DNA of 64,000 bases from Candidatus Gottesmanbacteria bacterium UBA6580 (GCA_002433895.1 DJJA01000003.1:575745-639744); one strand, 5' to 3'. Shown: positions 29,890 through 39,992, counted from the first letter of the stretch. Numbers and translations are program-made. Notes: generated from the sequence alone by a model not told the origin.

Positions 29890-30080
29890 TTGATTTTGAT
29901 TGTCTCCACTGGTGTATTCAACCTGAAGACTTAAAAACGCATTGATATTTTTGAAGCAATTGGGGAGGGGTTGAGGCAAAAAGATAATCCTGTCCTATAA
30001 ATCCCCGCATTTCTATGGCAGAGGAGTTAAACGAGCACAAACGCCATCTTTGATTTGCTTCGGGTTTGATAACGGGGGTT
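29890..30080 (+). pseudogene. Degenerate 5' remnant paralogous to the 30547-30945 gene
   Basis: Shares CCTGAAGACTTAA and CTGTCCTATAAATCCCCG with 30527-30582; reads ...LSYKSPHFYGRGVKR... between stop codons. Confidence 0.55.
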
Positions 30081-30139
30081 AGAGCAGCCAAGTCCCAGTT
30101 TTTTGTTATTTGAAATTTGTATGGTAAAATACCGAAATC

Positions 30140-30481
30140 ATGAAAATTAAGACAGTATCTGCTAAAGGCGAACGCTTGGTTGAGGATGGTCAGGGGGCGC
30201 TCCGTAGGTTTAAGAGAAAGACAGGACAACACCTAAGCGTGTTTGGTGCAGGTCCAGGGATTATGGGCTATGCTGAAACTTCACTTAACCCGACTGCTCA
30301 TGGAGATGGAGCTCATGTCAGCGACAGGGATGACGTGGTGTTCATTGAAAATTTATACGAAAGACCAGTCAGAACGAAGCCAGGAAAAACCTTCAGCCTA
30401 TTTGGAACGGGTGAAATACAAGTAGAAGATACTCAGCCAAAGCCTCGCCAACGAGTACTTAGACTTAAGATATCAGCATAA
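30140..30481 (+). CDS. Small hypothetical protein
   Basis: 113-aa ORF preceded by TG-G-TAAAAT; no family recognised. Confidence 0.6.
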   Translation: MKIKTVSAKGERLVEDGQGALRRFKRKTGQHLSVFGAGPGIMGYAETSLNPTAHGDGAHVSDRDDVVFIENLYERPVRTKPGKTFSLFGTGEIQVEDTQPKPRQRVLRLKISA

Positions 30482-30546
30482 TCCAATATCACTATTGTGA
30501 TTTCGGTTGTCGCTTGTTATATTCTTCCTGAAGACTTAATAGATGC

Positions 30547-30945
30547 ATGGTTTGGGAGATTGAACTGTCCTATAAATCCCCGTCGTCTTAAGGCAGCGGA
30601 GTTAACGATGTGACCACAATCCACAAGGATGTATACAAAGGGAGCAAGACTCTCTCTATAGATATTTCCGTTGAACAAGGCACCGCAACAATCCGTTTTG
30701 GCACGCGCGAACCACGATGGTTATATTGGAGACAAGCAGGTGAAACTACCGCGGTTTTTAAGGAAGCTGATGTGTTGCTTACCGAGACGTCTCGCCGGTT
30801 AAGAAAATCTATTATTCTCCGTTTTGATACCGCAAATACTCACTTAAAACAATGGATTTTGGCACACGAAGATGAGCTTGGGTTTGATGAAGTGGTACCT
30901 CGCACGAGCCGTGCATACCGGGTGACAGTCCAGAAGATATATTGA
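30547..30945 (+). pseudogene. Small hypothetical gene with an in-frame TAA (or short form from GTG 30610)
   Basis: MVWEIELSYKSPSS*GSGVNDVTTIHK...; the TAA at 30589-30591 aligns with TAT (Tyr) in the paralogous copy. Confidence 0.55.
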
Positions 30946-30995
30946 TGTATCTTGCTGCGTCATTATTTGGGGAAGTTTGCCAACTGTTTGTCTGA

Positions 30996-31181
30996 ATGTC
31001 TCGCCGGTTAAGAAAATCTATTATCCATTGGTTTGTCTCTCACCGCGTTTTTCGCATATCGTATGTTGAGGCCATTATTGTGAAAGAATGGATGATAAGA
31101 GTTGATTTCCAAATTAATACCGCATCTGTTATGATGTTGAGCTATGACAACGGTCATCAGGTTAAAGGGGAGAAATGGTGA
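30996..31181 (+). pseudogene. Partial duplicate of the 3' half of the preceding gene
   Basis: 27-bp identity GTCTCGCCGGTTAAGAAAATCTATTAT (30789-30815 vs 30998-31024); SRRLRKSII...VKEWMI vs SRRLRKSII...LKQWIL. Confidence 0.5.
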
Positions 31182-31497
31182 GACAGAAAAAGTGATTGGT
31201 ACCGCATTCAATTTCCGTGTTATCGGAAAAAATGGACGGACCACGCCGTCACTTCGGGCGACAATGCTTGGCAATATCGAAGCAGATCCGGAGCATTTCG
31301 CTGTGGCGGAAGTGACATTTGGAGCTCATATTGAAGGGTTCTTGCCGAAGAAGCGGGGCACTGCAGGGAACAGCCGTATTTCAGGCTGGATTGACGATGC
31401 GTCACAGCATATCACCTTGCGTGTGAAAGATTCTAGACGCCCGATTGTGTACCGTGGAAGGAGATACCAGGAAGCAACGCTATTTGAACGGGACTGA
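31144..31497 (+). CDS. Small hypothetical protein
   Basis: 117-aa basic ORF behind TGTTATGAT; no family recognised. Confidence 0.6.
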   Translation: MTTVIRLKGRNGETEKVIGTAFNFRVIGKNGRTTPSLRATMLGNIEADPEHFAVAEVTFGAHIEGFLPKKRGTAGNSRISGWIDDASQHITLRVKDSRRPIVYRGRRYQEATLFERD

Positions 31498-31546
31498 CGA
31501 TCAAAACATCATGCTACGGGAATAGTGTAGTATACGTTTTGTACGT

Positions 31547-32206
31547 ATGCATATCGACATCCTGAAACGTCTCCCCCGAAGAACCATATCACTTCATATT
31601 AATCATGACGGAGCGCTTGAAGTACGCGCCCCAAAGTATGTCCCTGAATTTATTATTCAACGCTTTGTCGCCTCCAAAGCGGGTTGGATAGAAAAAACGA
31701 GGCGAAAACTGGCATCATTGCCCAAAACTACAAAATCCACCTATACAGAAGGATCGGTGTTCCGGCTAGGGGGAAAAGAATATACGCTTCATGTCACTGA
31801 CGGTAACGCCATTGTGTTGACTCCGACAAAGTTATTTTTCCCAAGGAAGTTTATGTCACGGGCACGCTATCACATGGAGGTTTTTTGCAGAAAATTTGCA
31901 AAGCTTTTTTTGACTGAGCGGCTCAATCATTACGCGGAAAAAATGAGCGTTTCATATAAGCGGGTTTCTATCAGGGATACCTCCAGCCGTTGGGGATCCT
32001 GCTCAAGTTCCGGCACGATCAGTTTTTCATACCGGTTGGTGCTCGCTGAGCTGTACATTATTGATTATGTGGTTATCCACGAACTTGCCCATGTAACATT
32101 TCATCATCACCGGCCGTCATTTTGGGCACATGTCGCTTCGTATTACCCTGATTATGTAACTGCCCGGACATGGTTACGGCGGGAAGGGCACACCCTCAAA
32201 ATATAG
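31547..32206 (+). CDS. YgjP/DUF45 (M48/SprT-like) metal-dependent hydrolase
   Basis: RRTISL, VRAP, SRWGSCS, DYVVIHELAH, H...FW..V. Confidence 0.93.
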   Translation: MHIDILKRLPRRTISLHINHDGALEVRAPKYVPEFIIQRFVASKAGWIEKTRRKLASLPKTTKSTYTEGSVFRLGGKEYTLHVTDGNAIVLTPTKLFFPRKFMSRARYHMEVFCRKFAKLFLTERLNHYAEKMSVSYKRVSIRDTSSRWGSCSSSGTISFSYRLVLAELYIIDYVVIHELAHVTFHHHRPSFWAHVASYYPDYVTARTWLRREGHTLKI

Positions 32207-32265
32207 CCTGCCCCTTGTCGGTATGGTGGTATCTCCATATACTCAATAAAGATTGGAGCATATTT

Positions 32266-32448
32266 ATGAACAAAAAATCAGTAGGAGTGTTCACACTGGT
32301 TATCCTCGGGATGTATTTTATTTTTTTCCATTCATCGCCATTCCCGTTTAGCCATGACGCGATCGGTTTGCCGCCATTTCATACCGTACACACTATTTTT
32401 GGTGTTGTTCTGCTCGTTGGAGCCGTATTTGTCTGGAAAAAGAAATAA
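32266..32448 (+). CDS. Small two-TM membrane protein
   Basis: GGAG SD then ATG 32266; two hydrophobic segments with a His-rich loop. Confidence 0.6.
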   Translation: MNKKSVGVFTLVILGMYFIFFHSSPFPFSHDAIGLPPFHTVHTIFGVVLLVGAVFVWKKK

Positions 32449-32472
32449 GCTTTGTTCCGCTTGTGGCAACCG

Positions 32473-32799
32473 CTATTTTAACCAGTAGGGGAGGCGGACG
32501 CCGTAGGTTTTTAGTTTTTGGGTGACTTCATCATCTTCCGGAGCCGGATGATACATGCTTGCTCTGCCGTATCGGCGTTGGGAAGCGCTTCTCACACGGG
32601 CAAGGGTTTCGATCTGCAGCTCAATATCCCGTATCACCGCAGGGTCCGAAGCGCGTACGGTAAGGGTGGTTTCTTTGTCCTGATACCTGATGCTGATGTC
32701 TTCGGAAAGATGCCAAATTTTCAGCCACCCGAGTAAGCCGCGGCTTTCTTTCACTGACCCTTTTTTGATTTGCCATTGCCCAATTCTTCTATATGTCAT
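32473..32799 (-). CDS. Hypothetical protein
   Basis: 108-aa ORF with TTGACT...TATACT promoter-like sequence just upstream on the minus strand. Confidence 0.6.
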   Translation of the reverse strand: MTYRRIGQWQIKKGSVKESRGLLGWLKIWHLSEDISIRYQDKETTLTVRASDPAVIRDIELQIETLARVRSASQRRYGRASMYHPAPEDDEVTQKLKTYGVRLPYWLK

Positions 32800-32864
32800 G
32801 AGGTGAGGAGTATAGAGGGGGGGAAAACGGCGAAAGTCAATGTGTGTCCGCGGTCAAGGTGATG

Positions 32865-34100
32865 TTAGGAGATTTTCTTTTGATCCCAGAAGTATGAAAA
32901 AGTGAACAGAGTGATAATATAGCCCAGGTGTGACTGCAGGAAGTACCGGGAAAAATACCACGCCATAAGGGTGCCGAACGCCATAAAAAACAACACATTT
33001 TTTTCTTCTTTACTGCCGCGTTTCGTGTGTAGCCAATACAGCAGGAAAGAGACCGTGTAGGCGATAATTTGAATGATCCAAAAAGGGAATGTGCTGTAGA
33101 GTGATTTCACTACTCCCAGTTTTGGGAGCACGGGGCTAAAGCCGATGCCTTCTATGGGATGGATAAATTGTTGTGCCCGCGGGTCGGTCGTCACATACAG
33201 CACCAGACTTTTTATCAGTGCTTCCGCGTGCCACACGAAGAACGGAAGATAGATGGCACCTGCCGTGAGTATAGTAGACAGGAGAAACTGCCGGAATGCT
33301 TTGGCTGGTTGTTGTTTCCATAACCAGTAGGCAAAAAAAGGCGCCGCGACCCATGCGGTTTGCTTGGTGCCCATGGCGAGACCGAGGAGTATGCCCGATA
33401 TGATAAATGACTTTTTTTCTGCTGCAAACAGTGCCCATAGGAGGAGGGCGAGCACCATCACATCATTGGTGCCCTCAGGGATAAACGTTGTAAGGAGCGG
33501 GTTGAGTGCTCCGAATATGAGAAACAGCAGCGTTTTTTCCGAGATGCCGAATTTCCAAAACGCGAGGACAAATAGCGACGCGTAAGCCAAAAGATACACG
33601 ACTCTGATGTCAGACCAGGCAAAGAGTTGTGCAAATACCCGGTACTGCGCCGCCGAAACCAGTAAAAGGAACGGGGGGTGGATATTATTAAAAAGCGCGG
33701 GATTTGTTTTGTTTCCCATCTCATCTATGTATGGCCATTTCGCTAAATCGGATTTGTCGTATGGCGTGCTGTAGGGGTTGAGGCCGAGGAGTAGATATCT
33801 TCCTGCAATTTCTGCCTGCATCGCTGAGTCATTGACGAAATTTTGAGGTAATGTCCGGTGCCGTTCTTGCATATTTGAGATAGTCGGGATGACTGTTGCC
33901 AAGACCGCAAACGCGATGGTCAGCAATAGGCGGAGGTGCAGCGATCGTGCCGGGCGCAGCATGCTTACCATGAGGTAGCAGATGGAGACAAGCGTAAGCC
34001 CCGCGAGGAATATTTCGGTGTGAAGGATGCCTAGCCCCCATCGGTTGATAACAAGGAATACGGCTGAGGAAAAAAGTATCCCTAACACATCCAGACTCAT
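32865..34100 (-). CDS. Multi-pass membrane glycosyltransferase (GT-C fold, GT87-like)
   Basis: Many TMs; G.NPY, HPP, G.ND and G..LGLA..TKQ motifs. Confidence 0.75.
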   Translation of the reverse strand: MSLDVLGILFSSAVFLVINRWGLGILHTEIFLAGLTLVSICYLMVSMLRPARSLHLRLLLTIAFAVLATVIPTISNMQERHRTLPQNFVNDSAMQAEIAGRYLLLGLNPYSTPYDKSDLAKWPYIDEMGNKTNPALFNNIHPPFLLLVSAAQYRVFAQLFAWSDIRVVYLLAYASLFVLAFWKFGISEKTLLFLIFGALNPLLTTFIPEGTNDVMVLALLLWALFAAEKKSFIISGILLGLAMGTKQTAWVAAPFFAYWLWKQQPAKAFRQFLLSTILTAGAIYLPFFVWHAEALIKSLVLYVTTDPRAQQFIHPIEGIGFSPVLPKLGVVKSLYSTFPFWIIQIIAYTVSFLLYWLHTKRGSKEEKNVLFFMAFGTLMAWYFSRYFLQSHLGYIITLFTFSYFWDQKKIS

Positions 34101-34235
34101 ACGTCGATCGTAGCATATCGTCTGTTACTTCACCATGGCGCCGGGAAGTGTATGCAGGGGGCAATCTCATTGATTTTCGCGTGGCAAAGACCTATAATAC
34201 AATTCCGCGTTTCAAGTAGAGAGCGTTACGTTCGT

Positions 34236-36248
34236 ATGAAAAACGAATCACGTGTATCTTATAGTGATCATCAGAAGCAGATTGCCCCCCGCGGCGTGGA
34301 GAGTAATAGCCTCCGAGAAACGTTAAAAACCCCTGAGTGTTTTGCGTCAAAACCCCGCATTTTAGCGTTCATGGGAGCCTCCGGTTCAGGGAAAGATTTA
34401 GCCATTGAAATTCTTACGTCGCTGCCTGGCCGCCGCAGTGTTGCACAAAAATTGGAGCTATCGGAGCCAGTGTCGATACGAGTTGTGCCTAAATTAACCG
34501 ACCGTCCGCCCCGGAAGTCCGAGGTATCCAAAATCCCGATCAGTCCGGAAGAATTTACACAATTTAAAGAGCGGGGCCAGCTGATCGGGGAATATGAACT
34601 CAGAAGCAACGGATGCCGGTATGCGTATAGGATAGATGACCTTGTACAAACATGTAAGGAACAATTCCTTGTCGCCGAACCAAGCATTCTCCACATTCTC
34701 GAGTTAAAGCAAAAATTTGGCGATCAGATACACTGCACGTTTTTAACATCTTCCCGTGAATACCGTGAGCAATTATTGCGGCGGCGCGGAAGTGAGTCGG
34801 AAGAGGAAATCAAAAAACGCTTAGACGAAGGCGATGGGCAAACATTTGTAGCGCTGCTGCTTGCGGGAAAGCCGGTCGATTTCATTGAGCAGTTTGTCGC
34901 TCCCGATATATCCCAAAATTTTCAGACACTGATAAATAGTGATCCGCAAACATGGGAAACCGAGGGTAAACTTACGGCATTGCGGGAAAAAGTAGGAGCT
35001 GAATTAGTCGATATTTTGGAGGGTGCTATAGCCAACAAAGGAAAAGTAGTCGATGAGCTTATCAACATTGACCGTTTCAAGACCTTTATTGATGACATTG
35101 TGATACTGGATGACAAATTTGTCACAGAAAATCCTTACCAAGCGGGGCTTTTTTCTGAGTCTATTATCGATACCGCGACCCGTATGCTGCTTAATTCTGA
35201 AAACAAAGTATATAGCGCCGATCAGACTGCGAAAGCCAATGTGATATGTAACCTTCTAGTACCCGAAGCAGCTAAATCGGTAGAAACGGTTTTGGGGGTG
35301 CGGTACAAAGATATTTTTGACGTGATTATGGCAAACCAGGAAGACCGGAAATTGTATATCATGGGAACCAAAGAAGAGCCAATTGAAGCGCGTTGGGTTT
35401 CGTATTACGAAGACCGGAACAGAGTGTTTGGTCTCATCCTCCGTAATCCGGAAAAACCGGGCTCGTTCGTCAGTTTCCGCGCGATAAAGCCGGATGAAAG
35501 TGATGAGGCACTCATTACATTCCATATCGATTTGTCGAGTATCGAGCGTCCGACAGACAGGCGCGTGGCTCAAATGGCGTTTATGTTACAGGCACTCAAA
35601 ATATGTGAAGCCATCGGTATAGAAAATTTTCACTACGCAGAGCATTTTGACATGGTCGATGAAAATGATAATGTCATCGGTATAATTCCGCGGGCGGTCG
35701 CCCATGAAGAAGGCATGCACATACACCGGGCGTCATCCGTGATGGTATGGCGATGGAAAACAGACGAGGCAACAAAAAACAAAGTGAAACAGTTGCTTAT
35801 GGTGCGGCGCAGTAAACACAAAAAAGTAAATCCCGGCGTCTGGCAGGCGGCACCCAGCGGTCATTTGCTCCCCGGAGAAACATACGCAGAGGCAGCCAGG
35901 CGCGAGCTTCGTGAAGAAATGGGAGCTGATTTCGCAAAGGGTGTATCGGTTATTCATCCGCTAATGCCTATCCGTGTGTATTCAGATATGTCCAACACCT
36001 TGCAGCCACAAAAAGAAAATTTTTATGTCTTTATGGCGCAGGTCGACGAAAAAGCATCACACGCGCTCAGCCCGAATTATGAAGCAGAACAAGCGGTATG
36101 GATGGATATAGATACCATACGGAAAATGATGCTTGAAAATCCGCAACAGTTTCGTGACGCGTTCCGTGTTTCTTTTGACGCGATCAACTGGGATGCGGTT
36201 ACCGCTGACAGCGTGCAACTTGCCGCTGGTCAACAGTACGCGAAATAA
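34236..36248 (+). CDS. Guanylate-kinase-like P-loop domain + unknown domain + Nudix (IDI-like) hydrolase fusion
   Basis: GASGSGKD...KLTDRPPRKSE...Y.Y...L.RRGSESEEEIKKRL at the N-terminus; D.VDE.D.VIG...R..AH..G..HRA and Nudix box GHLLPGETYAEAARRELREEMG at the C-terminus. Confidence 0.8.
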   Translation: MKNESRVSYSDHQKQIAPRGVESNSLRETLKTPECFASKPRILAFMGASGSGKDLAIEILTSLPGRRSVAQKLELSEPVSIRVVPKLTDRPPRKSEVSKIPISPEEFTQFKERGQLIGEYELRSNGCRYAYRIDDLVQTCKEQFLVAEPSILHILELKQKFGDQIHCTFLTSSREYREQLLRRRGSESEEEIKKRLDEGDGQTFVALLLAGKPVDFIEQFVAPDISQNFQTLINSDPQTWETEGKLTALREKVGAELVDILEGAIANKGKVVDELINIDRFKTFIDDIVILDDKFVTENPYQAGLFSESIIDTATRMLLNSENKVYSADQTAKANVICNLLVPEAAKSVETVLGVRYKDIFDVIMANQEDRKLYIMGTKEEPIEARWVSYYEDRNRVFGLILRNPEKPGSFVSFRAIKPDESDEALITFHIDLSSIERPTDRRVAQMAFMLQALKICEAIGIENFHYAEHFDMVDENDNVIGIIPRAVAHEEGMHIHRASSVMVWRWKTDEATKNKVKQLLMVRRSKHKKVNPGVWQAAPSGHLLPGETYAEAARRELREEMGADFAKGVSVIHPLMPIRVYSDMSNTLQPQKENFYVFMAQVDEKASHALSPNYEAEQAVWMDIDTIRKMMLENPQQFRDAFRVSFDAINWDAVTADSVQLAAGQQYAK

Positions 36249-36293
36249 TACAACAGAGGAGTGGTGCACTTTTTACCGTGGTATACTATTTGT

Positions 36294-36620
36294 ATGTTGA
36301 TGCAGCTTCTTGTCAACGCACTCGCTTTTTATATTACTGCCTATATCATGCCCGGAATTGAAATAAGCGGTTGGGTGGCGCTTTTTGTAATTTCGGTGGT
36401 GTGGGGGATACTTACCGTTGTCATAAAGCCAATATTGCTATTACTCACGTTACCTATCAACGTCCTGACGTTAGGGTTGTTTACAATCGTCATCAATGCT
36501 ATTTTGCTGCTCATCACAAGTAGTATTGTGCCAGGGTTTACGATTGATGGATTTGGTACCGCGGTACTTGCCGTTATTGTGTTGTCTATTGTGAGCTCGT
36601 TTTTGAATTCCCTCAGGTAA
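36294..36620 (+). CDS. Phage holin family 4 / YvlD-like membrane protein
   Basis: IKPIL.LLTLPIN.LTLGLF..VINA motif. Confidence 0.9.
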   Translation: MLMQLLVNALAFYITAYIMPGIEISGWVALFVISVVWGILTVVIKPILLLLTLPINVLTLGLFTIVINAILLLITSSIVPGFTIDGFGTAVLAVIVLSIVSSFLNSLR

Positions 36621-36734
36621 GAACCGATTGGCCAGTGACGTGCCAAGTCATTTGTGAGCAGTTCTTTTCCGTATCTCATAAAAAGTGAGATGCATTACAT
36701 GCAATGAATTTACATGAGCATATACTGAGCATAT

Positions 36735-37454
36735 ATGAAATACATAATTTCCATACTTCTTGTCGTTGTGGGATTTTTCGTAACAATTCTTGCCCTCTTA
36801 GGCGTTGTGCCGGGACTTTCAGCACTCATCGGCGCTAGCCCGAAAGATTTGGGGATTCGTTACACTCAAGAGGATTCTATCGCAGCAAGGCAAAAGAGCG
36901 GAGGAACAGAAATTATTTCACTACCGAGTGGTTCGACTGCTGCAGATGATTTCCGGTTGGAAGGAAAAAAACCCATCCGATTTACTATGGATAGCACCGA
37001 GCTCACCGCTCATTCCAATAACCGTCCGTGGAAAAATTATCCGGTGCACAATATTCAGATTAAAATACATAAAGACGGATCAATCGAAAGTTCCGCCACA
37101 CTTATTATCGAAAAAGCGATCCCGTATGCAATGGCACTCGGGTATTCCGAACAGCAAATTCGCGAGGCAATGAGCAAATATGCCTTACCGCCATTTGCCG
37201 TTCCGATTTATGTATTAGGTAAAGGTTCGGTTCATAATAATTCGGTAAGTGTGGATGCGAGTACCGTGCGTATCGGCGCTATACCGATTCCCGGAGATAT
37301 TGTTACTCAAGTAAACCGACAGGCCGAATCCGTGCTCAATGACGTCATAAAAAAACATGCTGACGCATTCCAAGCTGATGATGTTTCCTTTGCCGACGGG
37401 GTGATGACCTTTTCCGGCGCGGTCCCTGAACGGGAATATGTGATCACGGAATAG
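36735..37454 (+). CDS. Membrane-anchored hypothetical protein
   Basis: N-terminal TM then PKDLGIRYT; soluble domain not recognised. Confidence 0.7.
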   Translation: MKYIISILLVVVGFFVTILALLGVVPGLSALIGASPKDLGIRYTQEDSIAARQKSGGTEIISLPSGSTAADDFRLEGKKPIRFTMDSTELTAHSNNRPWKNYPVHNIQIKIHKDGSIESSATLIIEKAIPYAMALGYSEQQIREAMSKYALPPFAVPIYVLGKGSVHNNSVSVDASTVRIGAIPIPGDIVTQVNRQAESVLNDVIKKHADAFQADDVSFADGVMTFSGAVPEREYVITE

Positions 37455-37482
37455 ACATATTTTTCTGTTATACTCTCACAGT

Positions 37483-38712
37483 ATGGGGCAAGTTATTAAC
37501 CGTCTCAGATCGCTTCCGTTTCCGCTGCGACTAATTATCACCTGTGTGGTGGGTCTGATGGTATATTTTATCATCGGGCGGTTTCGTGACGCGCGGGCAG
37601 AGGAGAGTTATCGCGTCGGCAAGGGAGAAGTTATTGAGTCGATCGTCATAAGCGGGAACGCAAACGCCGCAGACAACGCAAAAGTTTTTTCTCCCACAAC
37701 GGGTATTGTTGAAGAATTGTATGTTAAGAACGGTGATTCGGTGACCGCAGGAACAGAGCTTCTTAAGGTGAAAAGTACGGCAATGGAAAATGAAAAAGCG
37801 GCGATGTTGGCACAATATCAAACCGCCGTTGCTAGTCTCAATACTGCACGGCAAACGAAAATAACTTCCCAATCAAGTTTGGAATCCGCAAGAACACTTG
37901 TTATCAATACCTCTCTTGCCAAACAACAGATGGATGAACGGCGTAATGAGGGTGGGGTCAATCCTTCTACGGGAGAAGCGTATAAACAGGATGAAATTGA
38001 CGGTATTATTTCCGCGTATGAAAGCGCAAAAATTGCGTTTGCCGCCGCCGAAAAGAAATACCTCGATGCCGACGCATCTATTGCGGCCGCACAAAGCACC
38101 CTGAATGCCGCGCTCCTTGAATATCAGGCGTCGTTAAACGGTGTTATCAAAGCGCCCATTGCGGGTGTGGTCGCGAATCTTGCGGTAGATACGGGGGATT
38201 ATGTCCGTGCAAAATTTACTAACCCCACTAGTGCCTCGGAGGGAGAACCAGTGCTTCGAATTCTTGCCGATGGTGCAGTGACCATTATGGTGAAACTCAA
38301 CGAAATCGATATAGCAAAAGTTGCTACGGGACAACACGCAAGCGTACGTTTTGACGCATTTCCCGAAAAAGAGTTCCCCGCGAGCGTCGTGCGGGTAGAT
38401 ACCGTAGGCGAGAACGAAAATGCCGTCGTAACCTACAAAGCATATGTGGCGCTTGGCGAAGCCGATGACGATCGTGTGCGTCCGAGCATGACGGCAACCG
38501 TGGTCATAGAAACCGATCGTTTGCGCGATGTGCTGGTTGTCCCCAATAGCGCGCTCACCCGAACGGAACAGGGCAAGGTCGCCGTCCGCCGCGTGCAGGG
38601 GAATGGTGCGGTGACGGTCCCCGTAACCGTCGGCAAGAAAAACGGCTCGATCACGCAAATACTCGACGGGGTCAATGAAGGGGATATGATTCTTATTCCG
38701 TCCGCCGAATAA
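37483..38712 (+). CDS. Efflux periplasmic adaptor (MacA/HlyD-like)
   Basis: TM, G.V..L.VK.GD.V..G, coiled coil, IKAPIAGVV, E.DI..V..GQ, RPSMTA. Confidence 0.92.
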   Translation: MGQVINRLRSLPFPLRLIITCVVGLMVYFIIGRFRDARAEESYRVGKGEVIESIVISGNANAADNAKVFSPTTGIVEELYVKNGDSVTAGTELLKVKSTAMENEKAAMLAQYQTAVASLNTARQTKITSQSSLESARTLVINTSLAKQQMDERRNEGGVNPSTGEAYKQDEIDGIISAYESAKIAFAAAEKKYLDADASIAAAQSTLNAALLEYQASLNGVIKAPIAGVVANLAVDTGDYVRAKFTNPTSASEGEPVLRILADGAVTIMVKLNEIDIAKVATGQHASVRFDAFPEKEFPASVVRVDTVGENENAVVTYKAYVALGEADDDRVRPSMTATVVIETDRLRDVLVVPNSALTRTEQGKVAVRRVQGNGAVTVPVTVGKKNGSITQILDGVNEGDMILIPSAE

Positions 38713-38721
38713 TCTCAAGGT

Positions 38722-39990
38722 ATGAAAAACAAGCTTGACACGTATTCCCTTGCGTTGTCCGTCGGTTATTTCCTTGCCGTTCGGGATATCAGGCGCGCGA
38801 GTATTTGGACTACGTTACTCATCACGTTTGTCATGATGCTCACCTTCCTCAACCTTGTAGTTGTTCGGGGTATTCTGGTCGGTCTTACCGAGGGTTCGGT
38901 ACGATCCTATCGGGAACGCTATACGGGAGATGTGTTGCTTGGTACGTTGGACAAAAAACAATACATAGAAGACAGTCATTTGCCGCGTGAAATAGCGGAA
39001 CAACTTCCTCAGGTGCGTGCCGTAAGTGCACGGTATGTCGTACCGGGAACCATTGAAGCTGACTACAAAACGGTCGTTCGCCGGGATGAGGGAGCGGATA
39101 AAGCAAATGCCGTTATGGTGGGCATAGACCCGGGACGTGAGGACGCATTGACGAATTTGTCACGACAGGTGGTAAGCGGCAGATATCTCACCTCGGATGA
39201 TCACGACGCGGTATTAGTGGGCGTGTCGCTTCTTACGAAATATCAATCTGCAGCGGGGACCGGGACAGCGTCCTTGAAAACGGCGGACGTGGGAACCCAA
39301 ATTCGGCTCACCGTGAATGGGATAGTCAAAGAAGTCACCATTGTCGGCGTAGTGAAAGCAAAAGTGACAAATGTAGATAGTCGTGTTTTTATGCTCGATC
39401 GCGAACTGCGTCTTTTGATGGGTAGAGATGATTTTAATGTAAATGAAATCGCTATCCGGGCAAACGGAAAAAGTTCCGAAAAAGAGATTGCGGCAATACT
39501 TTTGGGAAACGGGATTGATGCGCAGGCGAAAGTGCAGACATGGCAGGAAGCGCAACCGCAATTTATACGGGACATTTCCGCAACATTCGCACTGCTGGGG
39601 GATTTGATTGGCAGTATCGGACTCGCCGTAGCATCCATCACCATATTTATCGTGATATTCGTTAATGCCATAACGCGCCGAAAGTTTATCGGTATTCTCA
39701 AAGGAATCGGGGTCAATTCACTTGCGATCCAATGTTCCTACGTGTTTCAATCAATATTTTATGCGCTTTCGGGATCACTGCTGGGTCTTGTTGTAGTGTA
39801 TGGACTTATGGTGCCGTATTTTGCGGATAATCCCATAAACTTTCCGTTTTCGGACGGCATATTCGTGGCTGACGTTCCGGGGGTATTACTTCGCGTCGTC
39901 GTACTATTCTTTGCGACTATCGCCGCGGGATACATACCCGCACGCATTGTCGTAAAACAAAATACGCTCGACGCAATATTAGGAAGATAA
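38722..39990 (+). CDS. ABC transporter permease (MacB/FtsX/LolC family)
   Basis: TM1, large extracytoplasmic domain, RRK.IGILK.IG motif, three C-terminal TMs, PAR motif. Confidence 0.9.
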   Translation: MKNKLDTYSLALSVGYFLAVRDIRRASIWTTLLITFVMMLTFLNLVVVRGILVGLTEGSVRSYRERYTGDVLLGTLDKKQYIEDSHLPREIAEQLPQVRAVSARYVVPGTIEADYKTVVRRDEGADKANAVMVGIDPGREDALTNLSRQVVSGRYLTSDDHDAVLVGVSLLTKYQSAAGTGTASLKTADVGTQIRLTVNGIVKEVTIVGVVKAKVTNVDSRVFMLDRELRLLMGRDDFNVNEIAIRANGKSSEKEIAAILLGNGIDAQAKVQTWQEAQPQFIRDISATFALLGDLIGSIGLAVASITIFIVIFVNAITRRKFIGILKGIGVNSLAIQCSYVFQSIFYALSGSLLGLVVVYGLMVPYFADNPINFPFSDGIFVADVPGVLLRVVVLFFATIAAGYIPARIVVKQNTLDAILGR

Positions 39991-39992
39991 TT

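Noticed and set aside
29916-30032. Integron attC site (ATTCAAC ... GTTAAAC)
   Set aside because: The inner arms are not complementary, the paralogous copy lacks the core sites and there is no integrase in the window.
29922-30033. Hammerhead ribozyme (CUGAAGA)
   Set aside because: No GAAA after a stem II and no closing stems in either copy.
30589-30591. Stop-codon reassignment or readthrough
   Set aside because: Core genes end normally with TAA, TAG and TGA; a single nonsense mutation is the simpler explanation.
36294-36620. Prophage suggested by a holin-family gene
   Set aside because: This family is commonly chromosomal; no endolysin, integrase or virion genes are nearby.
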